In this document: in pieces, positions 26,581 through 40,350 of the stretch | Layout of the letters: every line of letters starts with the position of its first letter | Numbering within the stretch: the first letter of the stretch is position 1 | DNA from: Azolla caroliniana | Lineage: Eukaryota; Plantae; Polypodiophyta | Assembly (NCBI GenBank): GCA_043228905.1 | Contig: JBHGNT010000005.1 | Span: 22,072,001-22,136,000 of the forward strand | Reading direction: 5' to 3' | DNA: 64,000 nt | The notes under the pieces: generated by a model | Told to the model about the DNA's origin: nothing | The model's input: the letters and a program-made list of their open reading frames with translations, nothing else | The model's database searches: none | Translations under genes and position numbers: made by a program

Positions 26581-26996
26581 GGCGTTCTGCTTACTTCCGC
26601 GCCATCAATTGATAAGAAACCTATCTCTGTTATCTATGTAATAAGAGCTGAATATATTCCTTCCACATCATGATCCCCACGAGATGGCTCTGATCGTCTG
26701 CACAGAACATCAGAAATGGCTCAAAAATCATAACCTGAAATGGTGAATTTGTACAAAGCCAAACGATCATGTAGTGGCCATTAGTCCACGAGGCAATGAC
26801 CTAAAGAACTACATTCCAAGAAGAAGAAGAAGAAGAAGAAGATGGCGATGGAGATGAGTAACCAGAAAAAGGAGTAAACCTTGTAATCGGGAAGGCATGG
26901 CTATGGCGAAAGAGCTGCAGGCAGCAACATGGTTTCGAAATGCATGCATTAAGCGCCTGTCTGATCAAATAGTACTGGTGAAGAAGAAGATGATGG

Positions 26997-27027
<31 letters not shown>

Positions 27028-27440
27028 ATTACTACTGATGACCCGCCGCCTGAAAGAAGGAACTCATTAAATCTTTCTGTTTTGCCGCCTATTTGCTAGA
27101 AGCCTCTGAGGTGGGAGGGGAGCTATGTCTACTGTGGCCATGGCTATGGCGATGGTAGAGCTCTCTGTGACCTGTCTCATGACAAGCTTTACTGAGCAGA
27201 AAACCCTAATTCTGTGCAGAGGGAAACAGAGACAGACATTCGAAGATGAAGAAAAGAAAGTAAAGTCACAAAAAAAAAAAAACAGAGCAATTAAAATTCG
27301 AAATTTCGAAGCATTCGGACAGGGAAGTTCATTTAATTTAAATTCATTTTGAATTAATTCATTCATTTTTTTAGGCAAATTAAATTTAATCAAAATCAAT
27401 AAAGTTTTGGCTCCACTCTTGAAATTTTGAATTTGAATCC

Positions 27441-27795
27441 TAAGACGTGATTAGGGGAGGGCCTTAAACGTGATTAAGGAATTTGGGACTCTTGAACTTG
27501 ATTAAGGAATGTGATTAAGGACCTCTCGGGGTATTGGACGTGATGAAGGAATGTGATTAGGGACCTCTAGAGGTCTTGGACGTGATGAAGGAATGTGATT
27601 AAGGAGCTCCCAAAGTCTTGGGCTTGATTAAGCAATGTGATTAAGGACCTCTAGGAGTCTTGGACGTGATTAAGTAGTGTGATTAAGGAGCTTCGAGAGT
27701 CTTGAACGTGATTAAGGAGCTCCGAGGATCTTGAATGCGATTAAGGAACTTCGCGAGGCTTTGAGCATGATTAACGAATGTGATTAAGGAGCTTT
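27441..27795. repeat. Minisatellite (~42-bp unit, core GTGATTAAGGA) upstream of the At1g65710-like gene
   Basis: About 16 copies of (G)TGATTAAGGA variants at alternating ~13 and ~29 bp spacing. Confidence 0.85.
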
Positions 27796-30700
27796 GTGAG
27801 TCTCGACCGCACTTAAGGGATTGTCGATCGATCGATAGGGTACAAACATCGTGTTCAAATCCGTTCCTTTTCTTTCTTTCTTTCTTTCTTTCTTTCTTTA
27901 AATCAGCACTCTTGGTCAAAAAAAATTAGACATCATTTAATGGCAATTGTTAAATACACACACAAGTCTTCATTGATAATAGCTTGTTCATGTGGTCTTT
28001 CCCTATCTACATATTTAGTTAGGTCTTTGACACCACAATTCATGGGATAGGCTAAGCATGTAAACTCAAGAGCAATTCATAGGCTAGGCCTATACACATG
28101 ACCCTAGCATTACAATGGTTGTCTATAGCATATAACTTGGGGCTACTCACAAGGCTAAGCGTCGCCATAAGAAAAAAAAGAACGCGGCAATTGTGAAGAG
28201 AGAACTTATGTCTATACAAGCCAAGCCTGCTTACTACGTACTACTTGTAAGCGCCCACCATTAGATCCTCATTTCCATCCTATATTGGCACAAGTAGAGT
28301 TCAAAGCCTGGAGATTGCCCAAATTTAGGTCACATCCACATTTCTTAGGTTTGTTATTTGTATAGGGACCTTTGCACCCCTTGAAAAGCTTTTCGTATAT
28401 ATATCTTCCATGATTTTTGACGAGTAGATTTTTCAACATGTGGACAAACTATAGGGCCCATCCAACATCCTCATTTGAATTGGCCAAACTCATGCACTCT
28501 CTTCGATACACTCCTCACCCCTCCCAAGCTCATATTTCTCTATAATTCATTACATTTTGGATGTAACACGATAGATATTATTTGCAATTTTCTGAACATT
28601 TATTCATGTGTAATTCATGCCCTTTGCTAACTTTTAGATACAATGTTTCTTTACATCAAAACATTGTGGAGAGCGTTAAGTCAATGATGTTGTTTGATGT
28701 TGGGAATCGTTATAATTAAGGGGGCGTTGGAGCAATTTTCCTCTACTTTAAAGTGTAGTAAGAACGTTGATGCAAATCATCAAAACAATTATATTAGTGG
28801 ATGATGAGCTGAACCTTAGTTCATGGGGTTTGTATTGAAGGGGCCTTCTAGTTTATTGGGAGGTCTAATTATTAATAATACTAATAACAATGGCTCACAT
28901 TTGGAGTTTTGTGGCATTGTGTGCACCTTCTTGTTCCAATTTCATATTTTGCCCTCTAACTATTTAATAGTTTTGAGAGAGATATCATAGATATATATTG
29001 TCATACGTATGCAAAATGGAATATAAAAACTAATGAATGTCAGTGGCGTAAACAATGTGTGGAATATATTAGAGCACATGCATGGATGGTCGTTGTGGCA
29101 TCATGGCATTGTGGAGGAATTGGTTAGTTTGGCATAGGTGTTCTTTAATGGTTTTTTTTGTGAAGAGCTTCTTCTCGATCGAGAAGCTTAGGGCATGCAT
29201 TTCATCTAGAATGTCGGATTCGAGACATTCTAAGACAAGTCTCTTTCTCGAACTCATCATTTCATCTTATATTTTATTATTGATTGTTCCTTAATATTTG
29301 TCGAGCTTTATACCAAGCTAAGCTAATGAGATTCATAATTATTTTTAATCATTTAATCAACATACATTGTCAATAGAAAACCCTCACTTGTAAGGTCTCT
29401 TGATCTTGCTTTGAAGATCTCACACTCCCATCCTCTTCACATCATATTCTTGCTTTGTACAAAATGTTCTAATATATATATATTAGAACTTCAACCCCTT
29501 TCAAAGTTACGCATCATTAGAAGAAAATTATTTTCCTTATGCAAAAAACCAACGTGTTCAACTCGTTCTTTCAATTGAAATGCAAATGTTGCACTTTGAT
29601 AAAGTGAACCACGAGAGACTACATAATGTGCTAAAATAGGGCCTATGTGTATACAATGACATAAAGAGTTTGATAGCTTCCATTGTAGTTAATAGAAAAT
29701 ACTTTCCAAACCTAAACAATTGTTTCAAAAATTTGCATGTGGATCTATGCTGCATAGAAATAGCGGGTAAATATCTCATCCATTATACAACACACAAAAT
29801 AACAAAAATCGAGGTCCTTGACAAACATTTGACTACACAATCATTTGTTGGGTTTAATATATGAATCCAAACAAAAAAAATGGTTTAGAGTTTTACATGG
29901 CAAGTACGTGAATGTCAATGGACCATTCACGAGTTAAGTTATGTAGAAAACAGGATCCAACGCGTGACTCCATAACCCATGAGCTATGACAGGAATTAAT
30001 ATTGTATTTATGAGACTATGTGACGAATATGACTTGAATGGTTTTTCAATTTAGTCAATCCATTCTTTTATGGATCGTCTATAAGGCATTATTTGTGAGC
30101 ATCACCTTTTCCAGGGAAATATTATCATTTTTACCAATTACATTGTGCAGAGTTGTTGATATATATTATTGTTGCAAAACCAATTTTGGGTGGCACATCA
30201 TTAGTCTTTCTCATCTGTTCTTCATCGAACACAATATGAAACCCAAAGCTCAAGCCTTGAACCCAACCCCCTATGTTGCAAGTTTACATACTTTAAGTCT
30301 TAGAATCACAATAATTTAACCATGTGCGTCTAATGAAAATGCGTGAAGCTATTAAAGATAACACTCTAATTGAGGTTTAAACGTCATAAACAAAGTTACT
30401 AATGCTCGATTGTATTATGAAAATAAGTCAGAAGACTTCAAGTATATTGAATGCTAGACATTTTTTCATGAAGCTTTGATTCAAATACAAACAATATTAC
30501 AATATCCACATATGAACTTACTATTATGGAAACCCTTCCTTGTGGAGATGAATGTGTTTTTTTTTTTGTAGAGCAGCATTGTGATTCAAATTTTTTGGGC
30601 TATATTCTACTACAATTTGATGAAAATGAAATACAACCCTTGATGCACAAAAAAGCATTTGAATGATTTGCTAAAAATGTCTTCTATAGTGGGCCCAAAA

Positions 30701-32006
30701 ATAATCTCATTTTTCTCGTCCAAAGTAGCCAATACAATTGATAATTATTATCAATTTTACATGGTGTCTTACTTATTTTCTTGTCTAGGTTTACATGTGC
30801 TTGAAGACATGCATTTTATATTGATTAATTACTCTTATAGACACAAGCACTCACTATAGAGAGGTTTACTTGAAACTCTTTTGGATTATACATTGGTCAA
30901 CTCGTGAGGGGATGTAAATTTTGATCATGATGTTACAATTATAACATAAGATGCTCAAATATTCATGGGGACCATTGTATTTATTATAGGACAATAATCT
31001 ACATTTTGAGGGGCAAGCAACAATTGCAAATCACCCAGAGTGGCTAGAACCTGTGGCATGTTGTGACAAAGCTTGCATAAGGTAAATATATTTTCAGTGT
31101 TTAATTGAGTATTGCTCTAACTTGATTGTTAATCAATCATTCAAGTTTCTTTGAATGTAATATATAGTTTTGAGTATTTCAAATTTCTATTAGGTAGCAC
31201 TTCAGTCAAAGAATAAATCCACGAGTACTTTCCCCTTCCCTTCTCTTGAATGAGCTAGTTTCATTCTCTCTTTTCCATTGTAAAGAAAGCCAAATTTGAA
31301 AATTGAGGGATATCGGGGGTTACATTGAAGGCAACCTTGCCATTTTGCTCAATAGGACACATGTGAACTACACTAGATGAGAATAAGTTAGAAGTCGTGT
31401 TATGTATTTGTCTTGTGACATGGATCCATGATCATATTCTCAAATATGTACAAAATGCAAAGATGTCAAAAGAAGTATAGGAAAAGACATGAAAGAAGAA
31501 ATTCCTCATGAACATGACATGACACAAACTTCAATTGTGACAAGAGTTAACTCACATTCAACAAAAGGGTAATTCCCATCAATGACTAAAATCTCAAAAT
31601 CAAGTTATTGAGTAATGCGCTTGCCTCCATCAAAATGTTGATCAACGAGGAAGAGATGGTGGAGATGTACCTAGATGACCTCTCACAAAAAATTGGTCCA
31701 TTGTAGACTGTTACTCTCACCAGAAAAACATTGTCATCATTGTTGGTTGTATATTGGGGGGGGGGGGGCATATTTCCGATAAATATGACACATATGTCCA
31801 ATTATATAAGTTGTTAAAACAAAATGATAGTTAAATAGGTCTATAAAATACAAATATTAAGAAAGGTGTTTTGGGATTCATATAAAGATTTAGGATTACT
31901 AGATATCATAGTTGTTTAAAAACGCATATTCCACATATTCAATATGTTTTAATATACCCACAGGGCCGCATGTATTCAAAACATATTCAACACTTTGAAC
32001 TACCAT

Positions 32007-32461
32007 TAACAATCAGCAACGGTTTGATTCGGTTTGAGAGGGTCCAAACCGAACCGTTTAATTTTTTTGAAACCTGAACCAAACCAAACCAAACCAAAAA
32101 ACCATTAAACCGAACCGTTAAACATTTTTCAAAACGTTCAACCATTAAACCGTAAAAACCACGGTTTTGGTTTTCAACATAGGTCAAAATTTTTAAAATT
32201 TTAAAATTTTAATATTTCATTATTTAGAATTTTTAAGATGTTCCTAAAATGTGAGAATGTGTAAAAATGAAAAGATTGTTTAAAAACAAAATTTAATTTG
32301 TTTTAAAAAAAATTTTAAAAATTTAAAACCGTTAAACCGTTTAAACCAGGGTTTTTGACTATTGAAACCAAACTGAAACTGAACCGAACCAAACATTTGA
32401 AATTGTTAAACCGTGGTTTCACGGTTCGGTTCGAACCGAACCGAACCATTGTCGATTATTA
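32007..32461. mobile_element. hAT-type MITE (455 bp)
   Basis: TIRs TAACAATCAGCAACGGTT / AACCATTGTCGATTATTA, exact 8-bp TSD ACTACCAT, and many subterminal AACCG motifs. Confidence 0.9.
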
Positions 32462-33124
32462 ACTACCATTTCTTTTAAAAAAATCTTGGACCCATACTAG
32501 TTGTACATATTTGTAGTTTGTTTTAGGTTTCTAATGAAGGAGAAAAAGTTAATTGGGAGTTTTCATAGCACGGCTCTATGCATCCCACCATTTTCTCTAC
32601 TTTGTTTTCATCAATTTTGTTGCAACTTGCACTGTGATATGTCTACACAACCAAACTCTATACACTCTCATTGAGATATGATAAAAGGATTTTAATTGCT
32701 TTACTAGCGAGCCCCTCAATTGAATGTGCACATTGTCATTGAGATTGAATAAAAGTTTATAAACATATGTCAAGATCCAATTACTATTTGATATTAGAAG
32801 TATTTAATATATTTACTAAAAAATTATTTAATACATGTGTATGGCATGCTACGTATGTTACAATCATGCAAGACATATTAACTACTAGAATTATTATGTG
32901 AAATTTAGAGTGTAACGTTCTAGGTCATGTGTCAAAGGAAGTAAAGAATGATTTTATGTGAGTGGAATTGAGATTTTAAGATAAATTGTTCAACGTATAT
33001 GTAATCCTATAAGTAATGGGTGCATGTGTGTGCATTGGATACACCCAATACTCCTAATGGAAATGGAGTAATATGTAGAGAGAGAGAGAGAGCCTAACAT
33101 CGCAATGGGGTGTAAAGCTAATAT

Positions 33125-36100
33125 CTATAAACCTTTATCTTGCAACACCCTAGTAGCCTCTTGCAGCATGTCTTTTGCCCAAGCACAACATGGGTCCACT
33201 TGTGTAAGCTTTTGAGTTGAGATGACTGCCTTCCTCAAGTGTTGTAGCCGGTATTGACACGTTACCACCTCCTCCCTAGCCACTTTCTGAAGAACAAAAG
33301 AAGAATTAATTATCTTTTCCTCCAATACCTGTACCGGGTCGTCGGATGATGGGGATGCCTTCTGTATACCAAAAATCTTCGGAGGAATCCTCAAATTGCT
33401 CTCACTCTTCTTCTTATCAATAGGTTCAAGAATCAAGGAGACTGGAATGTGATCCAAATAGGTAAAGCCAGCTAGAATGGATGTGTAGCCGCTCCATTCC
33501 TCTATTCCAGGGCTTACATAGATGCGGTCCAATCTAGAGTGGCATCCTTCACTCTCCTTCCAACCAAATCGTGAAAACCTCATGGAATTCGCCTCAACCT
33601 CCATATTAGAATACCATGAATTCCGGATTCCCAACATAGAAATTAAGAAACCCCATGCTCTAAGCTCCTCCCCCTGTAACAAGTTCGAATGAGCCCCAAT
33701 ACAATATTCCATTCTCTTTGTCATGTTAAAATCCCCCGCCACTATCCAATTGTCAAAGGAGGGAATTTGGTTTGCTAGTAGACTCCAAAATGAGATCCTC
33801 TCACTGCTACTATTTGGTGCATAGACATTCAGCACCCCAAATTTGACATTCCTCCATTCTAGGTAGGTGAACATGGCCCTGCCTTCTATCAGTATGCCAT
33901 GATCCAAAATGGCGATATCCGGTGATTTCCTCACCGAAATACAGACTCCACCTCTCCTCTCTAACACACTGTGAGTAGGAGCCCACCATGTGTACCAATC
34001 CCCTGGCAACGGGTCTTTGAAAAGTTCAGTTCTTTCTCGTCCAAGGTGATGCTCTTGTAAGAACAAAATATCAATCGTCTTACATAAGGCAACAACTTCT
34101 AACTCTCTCATAAAAATTCGCTTCTCTAGCTGATGTTGTGACCCACCAAGTCCCATGCACATTCCAAGAACAAATTCTCATTGACTTGGGTTCACAAAAA
34201 AAGCCAAGGGGGAATCTCCCATGCTCGACAAATATGTCTCCACCATACGCCAAAGAAATTCCCACTCCATACTTATTTTCCATTCTTGATTCTTGGGTAA
34301 TTCATCACAATGGAAGTGAAACAAACCAGGCTTCAACACTAAATCATGTACCTTCCATATGCAAACCAATGGAACATCTTGAGCAAGTTCCATAAGCTCC
34401 CCTTGTATCGGGGAGCTCTTCCATAATGTTTGCAGCCCCGCAACCTTGTTTTAGATGTAAGGTATCGGAAACATATTGTTGCCCTGTTACAAAACAACTT
34501 CAAGGACGAGTTTTCTCCCCTTTCATCTTCCAAATCAGGCTCCAAGTCAAAATAATATTCTGTCTCCAGTGTACTTGAGTTGTTGATGAGGACCATGTGT
34601 GCTCTACTCCACTCGTGAACTCTTCCCCTAGGATTACCAATGTTCACCGCGACCTTGGGTACCTGCATAGCTTGCATCCTCAATTCTTGCAACATAACAA
34701 ACTCAACTCCCACAATCAAGGGATTTCCGACCTCAATTTGTGTGATCATTTTTTGCAATTCACTATTCCCAATGTCCACTTGACTTTCCTTGTCCTTCCC
34801 ATTCTGATCCATGCCTTAACCATTCTCAGGTTTGAGGAAAAACTATTGCCACGGCCCTCAGAGGGCTCTACAAGTGTTTCGTGGGTCTCGACTCATGGCA
34901 GTAAATCGAATGGAGTTGCTAAAATTATTTTGCCTTATTGGGTTTCCTCTTCCATTTGTGATAGGATGTCAAATCTGTTCGAAATGGAATCGCCACTTGT
35001 AGGTGGGCCCGGTCACTTTCCTCAGAGATAGCCATCCTTTCCCCCCCGCTACTTGCTTCCCATTGTGAACCAGGATCATCTGGCCTCCCGTCCCTGAATT
35101 TGGGTTATCCGGAAACTTGATGCCTTGATGTCACCTATCCGCTCTTTGCTTCCCATACAGAGGGCACTGTTTGGTCATATGGCATATCTCCTTACATGCA
35201 AAGCACTGACCCGGCAAGCCTTCATAACCAACCTTCACCACCCTTAGGCCAAAATCCTTAGTGTGGACTCTAATCTCTGTTGGTAGTTCTTTAATGTCTC
35301 TAACCAACACCTTAATGTTGGGAATTTCGGCTACCTTATCTGCAAATGAGGGTTTCGTTGTACATACCATCCCTATATTGTGTGCTAGCTTTGGGATCAA
35401 ATGGTGGAGTTGGAATGGTAGGTCTGGGAAGCATACGGTAATGACCATTGGTGTGCCCACTTTTTTTTGCTCTTCCTTTGCATCGAAGTCTAGAATCCAT
35501 TCCAAAATCATGGCTTTGCCATACTTGAGTGTAATCCATTTGTGGTCCAGAATCTCTTGCACATTATGGCCTTCTTCTAAGATCACATGGTGATAGTTGA
35601 GGCCCATTCTCAATATGTTTTGGATAGGTGGCATTTTATCCAAAAGGGTTGCTTACAACATGTCCCTTAGCAACCCTTTACTAGGTCGTCCTCCTAGCGG
35701 CCGACATATGAACGATGAACACTTTAACCGACCCACTTCTTCCACCAACATTCGATTCTCTGTCGGAGAAAGATAAAGGTCGAGCCCTATTCTTTCATCA
35801 ATGCCCTCCTCCACTGGTTTTTCTTGAACCAGACCAATGTCATTATTCTCCTTTACTAACATGACATTGTCCATGCCTTCCTTGGTGTTCGTTTCAGAAT
35901 GTGCCGTGATGAACTCCCCCCGCCTATTTGCTTCTCGTTCTTCGGGTCTGGATGCATACCTATACCTAATATTTCAGCTGGAGGAGGGTACGGGGCTATA
36001 CATGTTCCAACTATGTCCATTGTAGGAAGCATGGCCATCTCAATCTCCAAAAGATTGTCGCCGCTCTTGTTGATTTGGGAATGCGACATGAACATGTGAC

Positions 36101-36420
36101 GCCTTCCTAATGTTCTGGCCCCTATTGCCAAAGACTTGTCAAGTGCCTTCCCTGGTTGTCCTGGTCTCAAGCGTGCGATTCGATGAGAGTTTTGTTGTCG
36201 TAAGGGAAGGGAAGGCCACCGACGACGATGGAAGGAAGCTTTTCCCTTTGTTGGAACAACTTCATCCACTTTCCGCATCTTCCTTGCCTCACATCGTCTC
36301 CTCAAAGTGATTCCCTGCGTCATCATCAGAGGAGAAGGAGTGAAGACGAAGGTTGTTTGTTCCAATGATTCCTTGCGTCATCATCCAGCCTCCATAGTCA
36401 GATGAGAACACCTTTATATA
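33125..36420 (-). mobile_element. L1-like LINE: decayed ORF1 with zinc knuckle plus ORF2 endonuclease; RT absent
   Basis: CFACKEICHMTKQC knuckle (ORF 35131..35643). The endonuclease reads ICSWNVHG, FLQEHH, NVYAPN, GDFN, RLDRIY (33125..34180), with a frameshift near 34150. Confidence 0.85.
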
Positions 36421-36645
36421 AGGTCTCGCATGCATTAAGGGCGAAGAGCATGTTGCAACTTTGCACTCATGCTTTAATTGCCATACAAAAATTATATGCT
36501 ACGTATTTATTACATATTACATGAAATAGTTATCTTCATGATAGTTACATTCCTTCATAGAGGAAGGGTATTGAGTTTAAAACTTCCTCTTTGTGTTTAT
36601 TTTAAAATAGATAGATTCCATCACGTGTCATTGGCAACATAACAT

Positions 36646-37712
36646 TGTAACAGAACCCATGAAGATATTGGCACTAGAATAAGCATCAAGCTCAAAGGAG
36701 AACTAATAAAAAGGAAGATATAATAGAAATTCTCTCAAAACTAAAGGTCAAGTGGCCACTCTAATGTGAAAGCAACCAAACCTCCTTGTAAAAAGCTATA
36801 AAGTCACTTTTAGTGACTTTTGTAGCTCTTCTTCCTTCTTGAGTTTTCCCTCTTCATATACCTTTAACTAGAGCTCTCTACTCTTATTTTCTTAACCTTT
36901 CACTTGAGTGAGTACAATAATTAGGGTTAAATGCTAATTAAATACACCCTAACCACTTTTCTTGTATGTGTGTTGTATACTCTCATACTAATAGGGATGG
37001 GTTTGACAATAATACATATGTTGTTTACCTTTATATGTATGTATGCCTAACTTTGAAGTTCTTGTTATGATCTAACTAGTCTCTAAGTTAACAGTTACAT
37101 AAGAGAGTTTAAGTGAGAGTTCGTAAGGTTAGGGTTGCGAGACTAGAGGCTTGAGGTGATTGACAACCACTCTCACCCAGTTTGCCACCAATAACTTATA
37201 TAACAGTTTGAATCCATTAGCTAACGATATTGGGGTGGAGGTAAAACTCTGTAGATACATAGACATGCTCTTTGTGTTTGAACACAACGAGACTATACAA
37301 GGGATTGTTAGCTTCTTCTATGTTTGAGCTCAAAACCCCCATTGTGGTCTAGGGCCTAAGCCTCCGCTCCATTCTACCCACTAGAGGAGTGATTAAGGTT
37401 GAATTCTTATTAGTCAAACCTTAATCTCTCTCTTGTCTTGTATAAAGTGTGTGTTCAATATAATCAAAGTGTGGTTTAAACATCTGATTATACTACTCTT
37501 GTCCAATATTGATGTATGCTTTAATCTTAGTTAGATTATAATTAATCTTTGGTGACTAGAGGATGATTGGCAACCATCTTCATCCGGTTCTAACATAGTT
37601 AGGGTATACAATAGTCTGAACCCCTCGGCCAATGATTCTAACAAGAGGAGAAAACCTCTTGCAGAACACATATAAACGTGCCCACGGTGTGAGGCACCTT
37701 AAAAGTGATACA
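36646..37712 (+). mobile_element. Probable solo LTR (Gypsy-like ends)
   Basis: TGTAACA...TGATACA termini, TATAAA at about 36797 followed by a pyrimidine-rich tract, and an internal ~150-bp duplication. No TSD found. Confidence 0.45.
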
Positions 37713-37899
37713 TTATCAACTCAAATCGTTCCTACTAGTGTCACATCATCATCCATATCCCTAATAATGGTGTTATTTCCTACTTAATTTACCATTGTGG
37801 ACTCCTTGACAATCATAACCACGCCCTTTAGGTCTACTTTTACCAACTATTTATTTTCAATAAGATGATTGCATTTGATGGTATCAATAGTAGCAGTAT

Positions 37900-40350
37900 C
37901 ATCACGTCTAATAAGAAGTGCATTGAGACCCCACCAAAGGACTCCCTTTATGTACTTGTTGAATTGGGAGCATGATATTCAAAGGATTCAATAGTATACT
38001 CCTATGTATGGGAAAGTTTGACAAAGAGGGGATTAGAAAATTGAGTCTCTGTTATTGGGTATCTTGAGCATAAATGGTACATATTGCTTAAAATAACGAG
38101 ATACTCACTTTTGTGGGTGGATCTGACATCCCTAATTATGATTCTTAATTTATAAAGAGATCAACCTTTTGTGAGCGTAGAATTAAATGTTGCTTGCTTC
38201 AAAACCAAGGGAGGTGTATCGTCTTTTATGACATCAATGCTGACACAAGAATTGTGCAACATGGTGCACACGAATCTTCCATGCCACATATCCAATTATA
38301 TAAGAGGATATACACATGTATCATCACTCTTCTATGGATAAAAAATATTCTGATCAATATGGAAAGTTACTTCTACAAATATGCATTAATAGTATTAGAA
38401 TGTTTATCATTATTATTGCATCTTTATGGAATGATACTAATGATCATACATGTGGATAACATAATGGAAATAGTGTGATTGATTACATATTATTATTAGA
38501 AGGTGTTTTGGATTGTATCCATAAATTTTCACTTGGACTCCATATCGCATCATAGGAGTTTATGTATTGATCTTAAATGTATAGAAGAATTTGAGTGTAT
38601 GAAGTTAAAGCATAATTCTTGACAATCTTATTTGTGCATAGATTTTAAAAGAGTGCACATATACGCCAAGATGGTTGAGGATATGTTGCAAAAGCCAAAG
38701 TTTCAATATAGTGAAACACAAGAATGCAAAAGGGAAGCTTATATGAAAAGATTTCGGTTAAGCATATGCCTCGGAATGATACCAATAAATCTACCTAACG
38801 GAAAACATGATTTTATAAGGACTGACATGATGGTCCAAAGTATACCATGAGTTAGTGAAAGATAAGGAAAACCATCAAAAGTATTTACATGTATACAAAC
38901 ACACTTATTCAAAGAAAAACAAGAACTTGGGAAATTAATATGTAATTTCTCCACACCGAAGAGAAAGAAAATGCATGTGGAAAATTTTGGAAAAATCTCA
39001 AGGGGAAACATATTGAAAATTGTGTTCTCTTAAATAGTATGGACTCGGTATATCCATTGTAAGAACGTATATTAGCAATCAAATGCTGGCAAGATGATGT
39101 GTTATGGTTCTCTTGCACACATGCCTTATGTATTTACTATTAAGGATGTATGCATTGAGTTTAATAAGTTGATCACTTTCAAGACAATAGATATGAAATG
39201 ATCAAAATGGATAGGAATCGAATCACATGTTTAGATAATTGATATGTTTAATTGTACATGGCATGCTTCACAATTGGAGAACAAATTTAAATAGATCTTT
39301 CCATAAATGGAAAAACGTAAATAATGTAAACAACTATCATACAATCATGGTTGATGCTCTTATGGAAAATTTATTTGGTTGTATAATTGAAGTTAAGTTA
39401 AATGTAATGGGGGGAATAAAATGGTGAGAGAGCTAATGGAAAACTATTGATCACCTTACAACTAACAATCAACAACGGTTCAGTTCGAGAGTGTCAAAAC
39501 CGATCTGTTAAAATTTTTTGAAACCTGAACCGCGAAACCATTTAAACCATTAAACCGCTAAACCTGTGGTTTCATGGTTCGGTTTCAGTTTTCAACTAAG
39601 GTCAAAAATCAAATTTCAAATTTCAAATTTTAAGATTATAAAAATTTTCATTATGTCAAATTTTAATTGTTCAAAATTTTAAGGATTTTTCCTAAAATGT
39701 GAGAATTAGGCTTTAAAATGAAAAGGTTCTTTAATAAAAAGTAATAAAATATTAAAAAAACATCAAACTGTTTTAACCATGGTTTCAAACTGAACTGTTC
39801 ACCCCCTAACCGAATCAAACCGTTTTAAAAAAACTTGAACTTGAGTTGAACCGAACTGGTTAAACCGTTAAGCCACGGTTTTGCGATTCGGGTCAAACCG
39901 AACCGTTGCCAATTGTTACTTATAACTCATTGAGTACTAATGAAATAAAGTTTTTTTGAGAGGTAAGATTATTTTTACTTCGTAGGCTTCAATATTTTGT
40001 TATGATCTCTTGAGTGTATCTTTAGAAACAAATGGAAGAATTGAAGGTACTAAGTGAAAATATGCCTTATTGTTAAATCTATCACACAATGATATGCTTT
40101 GTGCATATGGGAGTTGGTATATCAAAAATTCTAGCAAACACCATTGGTGTTAAGCAAGAATACACACTCTCTTTGGTTTATGTAGTGATGAGTTGGAAAA
40201 AATTGGTCAACAACTTTATAAAGCAATTAGAATACATTGAAGAAGTTACCACTAGGAATGTAGTTACCATGTTTTTGTTTAACAAAGATTATGTGGAGCT
40301 TTCGTAAATACTTTAAATGTTGCCAAAAGGCTTATAGTTGTGTTGGAAAT
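37900..40350 (+). pseudogene. Highly decayed LINE ORF2 (same type as 1-465)
   Basis: GGGAGCATGATATTCAAAGGATTCAA (about 37966) matches the ETWEHDTQRIQ DNA of the first LINE. YDINA resembles GDFNA, and GVKQEYTLS resembles GVKQGCPLS. Confidence 0.6.
39463..39918. mobile_element. hAT-type MITE (456 bp), second family member
   Basis: TIRs TAACAATCAACAACGGTT / AACCGTTGCCAATTGTTA, 8-bp TSD CTTACAAC/CTTATAAC (1 mismatch). Colinear with 32007-32461. Confidence 0.88.

Noticed and set aside
27441-27795. CRISPR-like array
   Set aside because: The spacers resemble each other, the repeats are degenerate, the context is eukaryotic and there are no cas genes.
28900-31800. Possible decayed DNA-transposon coding remnants (also 41560-42900)
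   Set aside because: Short broken frames with no recognisable catalytic motif.
37138-37620. Group I intron R/S-like words (GACTA...TAGTC)
   Set aside because: No P/Q elements or host gene; the match is only 5 nt.
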